NCBI GenBank assembly: GCA_963767005.1
Contig: CAVYCN010000003.1
Location: 384,001 to 448,000 of the forward strand
Origin: an uncultured Actinomycetes bacterium
GTDB taxonomy: Bacteria; Actinomycetota; Thermoleophilia; UBA2241
Direction of reading: 5' to 3'
DNA length: 64,000 nt
Shown one piece after another: positions 57,430-64,000 of this stretch (within the stretch, counting starts at the first letter, position 1; every line of letters begins with the position of its first letter). The notes under the pieces were generated by a model. The model searched no databases and had not been told where the DNA came from. It worked only from the letters and a program-made list of their open reading frames with translations. The translations under genes were made by a program, and so were the position numbers.

Positions 57430-58485
57430 ATGACAGAGGGCAGCGGTTTCACCTACCGGGAATCCGGCGTCGACGTGCAGGCCGGCAACGAGGCCGTCCG
57501 CCTGCTGCGCGAGCGCATCCGCACGGTCAAGCACCCTCTGGTCCTCGACGGCATCGGCGGCTTCGGCGGCATGATCCGCATGCCGCCGCTCAAGGACGCC
57601 GTGCTCGTGGCCGGCGCCGACGGCGCCGGCACCAAATCGATGATCGCCCGCGAGATGGGCGTGTTCGACACCGTCGGCATCGACGCCGTCGCGATGAACG
57701 TCAACGACGTGTCGGCCTGTGGCGCCGTGCCGTTCTTCGTGCTCGACTACCTCGTAGTGAGCAAGCTCGTCCCCGCGCGTGTGGCCGACATCGTGGCCGG
57801 CGTCGACGAAGGCTGCCGGCAGGCCGAGTGCGTGCTGCTCGGCGGCGAGACCGGCGAGCACCCCGGACACTTCCGCCACGACGACGACTTCGACATCGCC
57901 GCCTTTGCGGTCGGCATCGCCGCGCGCGACGAGCTCTGGACCGCGGCCGCCGTGGCGGCCGGCGACGCCATCGTGGGCCTGTCGTCGACCGGCGTGCACT
58001 CCAACGGCTTCAGCCTGGTGCGTCACGTGCTGGCGCGGCGTCACGTCGACCTACACGAGCCCTTCCCCGGCGCCGGCCGCTCGATCGGCGACGTCCTGCT
58101 CACGCCGACCGCCATCTACAGCCCGGTGCTGCACGACCTGGGCCACGCCTGCCGCGTGCACGCCGCGGCCCACATCACGGGCGGCGGCTTTCCCGACAAC
58201 GTCGGCCGGGCGCTACCCGGCGGCCTCACCGCCGTCCTCGACCTCGAGAGCTGGCGCCTGCCGGCCGTGTTCGCCTGGCTGCGCGAGGCCGGCGTCGACG
58301 ACGACGGCCTGCTCGCCACCTTCAACTGCGGCATCGGCATGGTCGTGGTGCTGCCCGCCGACGAGGTCGCGCGCGCGTTCGACGTCTGCGCCAAACGCGG
58401 CGTCGAGGCCCGCGTCGTCGGCGAGGTCGTGGCCCGCGCCGCGGGCGAGCCGGCGGTCGGCTACCGGGGGAAGCTGACGACGTGA
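57430..58485 (+). CDS. purM: AIR synthetase
   Basis: YRESGVD, GGFGG, DGAGTK, VAMNVND, GGET, STGVHSNGFSLVR, HITGGG, TFNCGIGMV. Confidence 0.97.
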   Translation: MTEGSGFTYRESGVDVQAGNEAVRLLRERIRTVKHPLVLDGIGGFGGMIRMPPLKDAVLVAGADGAGTKSMIAREMGVFDTVGIDAVAMNVNDVSACGAVPFFVLDYLVVSKLVPARVADIVAGVDEGCRQAECVLLGGETGEHPGHFRHDDDFDIAAFAVGIAARDELWTAAAVAAGDAIVGLSSTGVHSNGFSLVRHVLARRHVDLHEPFPGAGRSIGDVLLTPTAIYSPVLHDLGHACRVHAAAHITGGGFPDNVGRALPGGLTAVLDLESWRLPAVFAWLREAGVDDDGLLATFNCGIGMVVVLPADEVARAFDVCAKRGVEARVVGEVVARAAGEPAVGYRGKLTT

Positions 58486-59480
58486 GGACGTACGACCTGA
58501 TCGGCTGCGGGGCGCTCAACCTCGACCTCATCTACCGCCCGCCGGCCGACTCGCCGCTCTGGGGCGAGCTGCCGGCGCCCGGCGCCGAGCAGGCGGTCAC
58601 GCCCGACGTCCGCGACCGCCTGCTGCCTGCCCTGGCCGGCCTCGAGCCGGCGCGCAGCGGCGGCGGTCAGGCGGCCAACACGTCGTACGCCCTGGCGCGC
58701 ATGGGCTTCGCTGCGGCCATGCTCGGACGCGTCGGCGCCGACGACGCCGGGCGCTTCCTGGCCGACCAGCTCGCCCCGTGCGACGCGCGCTACCTCGCCC
58801 GGCAGGGCGAGTCGGGCTGCGTCTACGTGCTGCTCAACGACTCGGGCGAGCGCCGCAACCTGGTGTGGCCGGCGGCCAACGACGACTTCGCGCCGGCCGA
58901 CCTGCCGCGACGCCTGCCGCCGACCCGCTTCGCCTACTTCTCGTCGTTCGTCGGCGAGCGCGCCCTGCAGACGCAGCTCGCCCTGCTCGAACGGCTGCCC
59001 GGCGACGTCGAGATCGCCTTCGACCCGGGCGAGATCTACGCGCGCCTGGGCGTGAAGCGCTTCATGCCGTTCCTGCGGCGCGCCTCGTATGTCTTTGCCA
59101 CCGAGAGCGAGCTCGAGACGCTCTGCGGCCTGCCGGCCGACAAGGCGCTCGGCTTTCTGCTCGACGTCGGCGTCGGCCTCGTCGTGTGCAAGATGGGCGA
59201 CCGCGGCGCGCAGATCACCGGGCGCCGCCTCGACCTGTACGTGCCGCCGCACCCCGCCGAAGTGGTCGACGTCACCGGCGCCGGCGACCTGTTCGCGGCC
59301 GGCTTCTTCGGCGGCCTGCTCGAGGGCCTCGGCCTCGAGGCCGCCGGTCGCCTGGCCGCCTGGGCGGCCTCGCAGGGCATCGGCGGGCTCGGCCGCAGCA
59401 CGTACCCCAATGCCGCCGCCTTCCGCGAGCGCGTCGCCGAGGAACGCGAGCGCGCCGACCGCGTGACGCGCCTGCCATGA
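58482..59480 (+). CDS. PfkB/ribokinase-family kinase
   Basis: GALNLD, GGQAANT, GRVGADDAG, FDPG, VCKMGDRGA, VDVTGAGDLFAAGF; GTGA overlap with purM. Confidence 0.92.
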   Translation: MRTYDLIGCGALNLDLIYRPPADSPLWGELPAPGAEQAVTPDVRDRLLPALAGLEPARSGGGQAANTSYALARMGFAAAMLGRVGADDAGRFLADQLAPCDARYLARQGESGCVYVLLNDSGERRNLVWPAANDDFAPADLPRRLPPTRFAYFSSFVGERALQTQLALLERLPGDVEIAFDPGEIYARLGVKRFMPFLRRASYVFATESELETLCGLPADKALGFLLDVGVGLVVCKMGDRGAQITGRRLDLYVPPHPAEVVDVTGAGDLFAAGFFGGLLEGLGLEAAGRLAAWAASQGIGGLGRSTYPNAAAFRERVAEERERADRVTRLP

Positions 59481-59505
59481 CCCGCCCCACGGCGGCGCTT
59501 CCGTC

Positions 59506-60408
59506 ATGAGGATCGGCTGGCTGGCGACCGGCCGCGACCCGGCGGCCCGCACGCTGCTCTCCGAAGTTGTGCGCCGCGCCGGGCGCGACGGCGTCGACCT
59601 CGACATCGCCGTCGTGTTCTGCGATCGCGAGCGCGGCGAGCACGCCGAGAGCGACGCCTTTCTCGACCTCGCGGCCGCGCTCGGCCTCACCACCGTCACC
59701 AGGTCGAGCGCCGCGAGCTGGCGCGACTGGCTCCAGCATCGCGACGAGATGGAGCGCGTCGCGAGCAAGGCCGCCCTGCGCGAGGCCTGGCGCACTGCGT
59801 TCCACCGCGACGTGATCGAGATCCTCGCCGGCCACGGCGTCGATCTGCTCGTGCTGGCCGGCTACATGCTGATCACGAGCCCCGAGCTCTGCGCCCACTT
59901 TGCCATGCTCAACCTGCACCCGGCCCTGCCGGGCGGGCCTCAAGGCACCTGGCAGCAGGTCATCTGGAGCCTGCTGGCCGACGAGGCCCGTGAGACGGGC
60001 GCCATGATCCACCTGGCCACCGCCGACCTCGACCGGGGGCCGGTCGTGGCCTATTGCTCGTTCCCTATCGCCGGCCTGCGCTACGACCGGCTGTGGCATG
60101 CCTTTCGCCGCGGCCGCGAACGCCTCGGCCTCGAGGCCCTGGCGGCCGCCGAAGGCGAGGCGCAGCCGCTGTTCGCCGAGATCCGCCGCCAGGGTGAGCG
60201 CCGCGAGATCCCGCTGCTCTACCAGGCGGTGCGCGCCTTCGCCCAGGGGCAGCTTCTGGTGCGCGACGGCGCCGTGGTCGGCGTCGGCCTGCAGCCGCCC
60301 CTCGACCTCACCGAGGCCGTCGAAGCCGAGCTCGCCGCCGACGCCGCGGCAAGCGCCGGCGACCAGGCCGCCGCCGCCGAGAGCGACGACACCGGGGGGC
60401 GGCCATGA
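59506..60408 (+). CDS. Atypical PurN-like formyltransferase
   Basis: LAGYMLI, NLHPALP, ETGAMIH, LDRGP retained; N-terminal WLATGRD replaces the canonical SGxGSN; two insertions (300 aa). Confidence 0.85.
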   Translation: MRIGWLATGRDPAARTLLSEVVRRAGRDGVDLDIAVVFCDRERGEHAESDAFLDLAAALGLTTVTRSSAASWRDWLQHRDEMERVASKAALREAWRTAFHRDVIEILAGHGVDLLVLAGYMLITSPELCAHFAMLNLHPALPGGPQGTWQQVIWSLLADEARETGAMIHLATADLDRGPVVAYCSFPIAGLRYDRLWHAFRRGRERLGLEALAAAEGEAQPLFAEIRRQGERREIPLLYQAVRAFAQGQLLVRDGAVVGVGLQPPLDLTEAVEAELAADAAASAGDQAAAAESDDTGGRP

Positions 60409-61442
60409 CCGCGACGCCGCGTCTGTTCGTGACCGACTGTGAGGGTCCCCTCACGCGCAACGACAACGCCATGGAGGTCTGCGCCGCCTACCTGCCCGAC
60501 GGGGCCGAGCTGTACGCCCGCCTGTCGCGCTACGACGACTTCCTCGCCGACATCGTCCACCGGCCCGGCTACAACGCCGGCGACACGCTGCGACTGATCG
60601 TACCGTTCCTGCTCGCCTACGGCGTGACCGACCGCGACATCGAGGACTACAGCGCCGACACCGTGCTCGTCGTGCCGGGCGCCCGCGACCTGCTGGCCGA
60701 CGTCGCCGCGGCGCTGCCCGCCTACATCATCTCGACCTCGTATTCGCCCTACATCAGGGCGCTCTGCCGCGTCACCGGCTTTCCGTTCGCGCAGTGCCGC
60801 TGCACGACGATCGATCTCGACGCCTGGCACCTCACCCGCGACGAGTGCGAGTGGCTGCGCGACCGCGCCGAATCCGTCCTCGAGCACCCGGTGATCGAGC
60901 TGCCCGACGAGGCCCGGTCGGTCGACGACCTGTCGCCCGCCGACCGCGCCGCCGTCGCCGAGCTCGACCGGCTCTTCTGGGTCGACATGGCCGCGGCCGG
61001 CCGGCGCAGCGCCGACGTCGTCGCCGCGGTGCGGCCGGTCGGCGGCGGCCTCAAGCTCGAGGCGCTCAGCGCCATCGCGGCCGGCCGCCGCGTCGAGCTG
61101 GCCGACGTCATGTACGTCGGCGACTCGATCACCGACGTGCCGCCCTTCGCGGCCGTGCGCGCCGCCGGCGGCGTGGCCGTGAGCTTCAACGGCAACCGTT
61201 ACGCGCTGGCGGCGGCCGAGCTGGCGGTGGCCGCGGCCGACACGCGCCCCACCCGCGAGCTCGCGCTCGCCTTCGCCGCCGGGGGCCGACAGGCCGTGCT
61301 CGACGCCGTGCGACAGTGGCCGCCGACGAGCAAGCCGCTGCCGCGGGCCGGCCTGCTCTCGGAGTCGGCTGCGGCGCTCTCCCACGCCTCGGCCTACGCG
61401 CGTTCGCACGTGCGGGGCGAGCGCGTCGCTCGACTCGGCTGA
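60405..61442 (+). CDS. HAD-superfamily protein of the EhaR-like (COG4030-type) group
   Basis: FVTDCEGPLTRNDNA, SRYDD, YNAGDTL, ISTSY, YVGDSITD, SFNGNRYA; ATGA overlap with the formyltransferase. Confidence 0.8.
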   Translation: MTATPRLFVTDCEGPLTRNDNAMEVCAAYLPDGAELYARLSRYDDFLADIVHRPGYNAGDTLRLIVPFLLAYGVTDRDIEDYSADTVLVVPGARDLLADVAAALPAYIISTSYSPYIRALCRVTGFPFAQCRCTTIDLDAWHLTRDECEWLRDRAESVLEHPVIELPDEARSVDDLSPADRAAVAELDRLFWVDMAAAGRRSADVVAAVRPVGGGLKLEALSAIAAGRRVELADVMYVGDSITDVPPFAAVRAAGGVAVSFNGNRYALAAAELAVAAADTRPTRELALAFAAGGRQAVLDAVRQWPPTSKPLPRAGLLSESAAALSHASAYARSHVRGERVARLG

Positions 61443-61534
61443 CCGGCAGGCCGGCGGCCGGCGGCCTCGCCCAGACTCCCTGGTCGCGACCCTGCCACCG
61501 AATTCGGTCGTACGGCGCTTTCGCCAGCAGGCCG

Positions 61535-61563
61535 TTCACTTGCGAGGCGGCGCCCTATAGACT
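61535..61563 (+). promoter_or_regulatory. Putative sigma70-type promoter of purH
   Basis: TTCACT-N17-TAGACT, then AAGGAG SD. Confidence 0.5.
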
Positions 61564-61596
61564 GTCGGGAGCGACGAACGAGCAAGGAGTCGATAC

Positions 61597-63138
61597 GTGA
61601 AGGTTAAACGAGCTCTTCTCTCCGTCTTCAACAAAGCCGGTCTCCAAGAGTTCGCACGCGCGCTGGCCGACATGGGCGTCGAGATCGTCTCGACCGGGGG
61701 CACCGCCCGCCTGCTGGCCGACCAGGGTATCCCGGTCACCGAGGTCGCCGACGTCACGCAGTTTCCCGAGATGCTCGGCGGGCGCGTCAAGACCATGCAC
61801 CCGCGCATCCACGCCGGCATCCTCGCCCGGCGCGACGACCCCGACCACATGCGTACCCTCGCCGAGCACGACATCCAGCCCATCGACATGGTCGTGGTCA
61901 GCCTCTACCCGTTCGAAGAGGTCGCGGCCCAGCGCGGCGCCGACGAAGCGGCGGTGATCGAGATGATCGACATCGGCGGCCCCAGCATGATCCGGGCCGC
62001 CGCCAAGAACCACGAGAGCGTCGCGGTCGTGACCGAGCCCGACGACTACGCCGCCATCCTCGACGAGCTCAAGGCAAGCGGCGGCGAGCTCTCGCCCCTC
62101 ACCTGCCGCCACCTCGCCACGAAGGCCTTTCACAAGACGGCGCACTACGACTTCGTCATCGCCAACTGGTTCTCCGAGACCGAGGGCGACTTTCCGAGTC
62201 ACATCCTGCGCGACTACGAGAAGGTCATGGAGCTGTCCTACGGCGAGAACCCGCACCAGCGGGCGGCCTACTACGCCGAAAGCGGCGCGCGCCGCCACCT
62301 GCTGTCGCGCGTCACCCAGCTCCACGGCAAGAAGCTCTCGTTCAACAACCTCTACGACCTGCACGCCGCGCGCGCCCTCGCCAGCGAGTTCGCCCTGCCG
62401 GCCTGCGTCATCATCAAGCACAACAACCCCTGCGGCTCGGCGCTCGCCGAGACGCTCGAGCGCGCCTACGTCAAGGCGCTCGCCTGCGACCCGGTGTCGG
62501 CCTTTGGCTCCGTGATCGCGGTCAACCGCCCGGTCGACCTGGCCACCGCGCAGCGCATGTCCGAGCTGTTCGTCGAGGTCGTCTTCGCGCCGTCCTACGA
62601 CGACGACGCCCTCGAGCTGCTCGCCCGCAAGGCCGACATCCGCATCCTGGTCGACAACGAGCGCCGCAAGAACAACCCCGGCGAGATGGACTACAAGCGC
62701 GTGCTGGGCGGCGTGCTCGTGCAGGACCGCGACGCCGACCTCGAGGACCGCGAGTCCATGGAGGTCGTGAGCGAGCGTCACCCGACCGAGGCCGAGTGGG
62801 GCGACCTCATCTTCGCGAGCAGGGTGGCCAAGCACGTCAAGTCGAACGCCATCGTCATCGCCAAGGACCTCGCCACTCTGGGCGTCGGCGCCGGCCAGAT
62901 GAGCCGCGTCGACTCGACGCGCATCGCCCTCGAGAAGGCGCACGGCGACCTCAAGGGCGCGGTGATCGGCTCCGACGCGTTCTTCCCCTTCCCCGACGCC
63001 GTCGAGCTCGCCATCGACAACGGCATCACCGCCTTCATGCAGCCGGGCGGCTCCAAGCGCGACGACCTCGCGGTGAGGCTCTGCGACGAACGAGGCGCGG
63101 CGATGGTCTTCTCGCGCCGCCGCCACTTCCTTCATTAG
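61597..63138 (+). CDS. purH: Bifunctional AICAR transformylase/IMP cyclohydrolase
   Basis: RALLSV, STGGT, GGRVKTMHP, IDIGGPSMIRAAAKN, YGENPHQ, KHNNPCG, SDAFFPF, QPGGS, RHFLH. Confidence 0.98.
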   Translation: MKVKRALLSVFNKAGLQEFARALADMGVEIVSTGGTARLLADQGIPVTEVADVTQFPEMLGGRVKTMHPRIHAGILARRDDPDHMRTLAEHDIQPIDMVVVSLYPFEEVAAQRGADEAAVIEMIDIGGPSMIRAAAKNHESVAVVTEPDDYAAILDELKASGGELSPLTCRHLATKAFHKTAHYDFVIANWFSETEGDFPSHILRDYEKVMELSYGENPHQRAAYYAESGARRHLLSRVTQLHGKKLSFNNLYDLHAARALASEFALPACVIIKHNNPCGSALAETLERAYVKALACDPVSAFGSVIAVNRPVDLATAQRMSELFVEVVFAPSYDDDALELLARKADIRILVDNERRKNNPGEMDYKRVLGGVLVQDRDADLEDRESMEVVSERHPTEAEWGDLIFASRVAKHVKSNAIVIAKDLATLGVGAGQMSRVDSTRIALEKAHGDLKGAVIGSDAFFPFPDAVELAIDNGITAFMQPGGSKRDDLAVRLCDERGAAMVFSRRRHFLH

Positions 63139-63147
63139 CGGCGCCAG

Positions 63148-64000
63148 GTGAACCCGGCGTCCGGCGACGGCGCACGCCAGACCGGGCGGCCGGCCTACGA
63201 CCGCGTCGTCCTCGGCGACGACGCCCTGCGCCTGCGCCCCTGGCGGACCACCGAGGCGCCGGTCATGGCGGCGGCCTGCGCCGACCCCGACATCGCCCGC
63301 TTCTGCATGATGCCGGCCGGCTACACGGTCGCCCTCGCTCGCGACTTCATCGCCGACGCGCCACGGGCCTGGTCCGAGGACGGCTGGCTCCACCTGGCGC
63401 TGGCCAGCGGAGCCGACGACCGCGTGGTCGGCGCCGTCGGCCTGCTGAGCGGCCTGGCCGAGGATGCGAAGGCCGACCTGGGCTACTGGGTCGTGCCCGA
63501 CGCTCGCGGTCGCGGTCTGGCGCGCGCCGGCGTGGGGCTCATGACGGACTGGGCGTTCGCGTCGCTCGGCCTGCACCGCCTGGCGATCGGCACCATGGTC
63601 GGCAACGACCCCTCTCGGCGCGTCGCCCGCGGTCTCGGCTTTCGCCCCGAGGCGCTGCTACGCAGCGACCGGCCGCTCGACGGCAGGCGCACCGACTGCG
63701 TGCTCTACTCGCTGCTCGACGACGCGTGGCGCGCGGGTGCGGGCGGCGGCGAGGGCCGGCCGGCGGCCGCACTACCCGACGAGGCGCTCCTACCGGCCCT
63801 CGCCGCCGCCCGCACCGACTACCCCGCCGTCGCGCCGGCGCTGCCCGTCGCCCCGCCGCCCCTCGGCGACGGTGCCATCACCCTGCGGCCCTACCGCGAC
63901 GCTGATGTGCCCGACATGGTGCGCGCCTGCAGCGATCCCGAGACGCAGCGCTGGCTCCCGGTGCTGCCCACGCCCTACACCGACGCCGACGCGCGCGAGT
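63148..64000 (+). CDS. RimJ/RimL-type GNAT acetyltransferase with tandem domains (3' truncated)
   Basis: LRLRPW, ACADPDIARF, LGYWVVPDARGRGLA, NDPSRRVARGLGF; second domain starts ITLRPY...ACSDPETQRW; open to the window end. Confidence 0.88.
   Translation, partial: MNPASGDGARQTGRPAYDRVVLGDDALRLRPWRTTEAPVMAAACADPDIARFCMMPAGYTVALARDFIADAPRAWSEDGWLHLALASGADDRVVGAVGLLSGLAEDAKADLGYWVVPDARGRGLARAGVGLMTDWAFASLGLHRLAIGTMVGNDPSRRVARGLGFRPEALLRSDRPLDGRRTDCVLYSLLDDAWRAGAGGGEGRPAAALPDEALLPALAAARTDYPAVAPALPVAPPPLGDGAITLRPYRDADVPDMVRACSDPETQRWLPVLPTPYTDADARE

Noticed and set aside
61443-61596. Possible ZMP/ZTP riboswitch upstream of purH (GGTCGCGAC and GGGAGCGAC fragments)
   Set aside because: The GACTGGCG and 3' CGCCTGGGC pseudoknot elements are missing, and a plausible promoter lies between the fragments.

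Overview
High-GC bacterial chromosomal segment, most consistent with an Actinomycetota genome of Thermoleophilia type with anaerobe-like redox genes (inferred from gene content and sequence style, not from a database search). It starts with rpsF(3' end)-ssb-rpsR-rplI-dnaB. It holds an almost complete, dispersed de novo purine pathway (purC, purA, purD, purE, purB, purSQL, purF, purM, purH), but no purK and no canonical purN or purT. Accessory modules lie in between: a nitroreductase/Rieske/glutaredoxin/ferredoxin-thioredoxin-reductase/Rieske/SOD redox cluster, a MerR-controlled amidase plus solute-binding protein, a EutQ-like cupin with an APC permease, a wbp-like UDP-diNAc-uronic acid cluster with an embedded C45 enzyme, murT/gatD, larB, an L,D-transpeptidase, a non-pyrrolysine MttB and a PIN-type toxin-antitoxin pair. 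The most notable candidate system is a PfkB kinase / atypical PurN-like formyltransferase / EhaR-like HAD triad that sits where purN normally lies, between purM and purH. The formyltransferase keeps its catalytic residues but lacks the GAR phosphate-binding loop, which suggests an undescribed dephosphorylate-formylate-rephosphorylate route. Three genes appear to use near-cognate start codons (ATC, ATA, possibly ACG). No rRNA, tRNA, CRISPR array, transposase or integrase was recognised.
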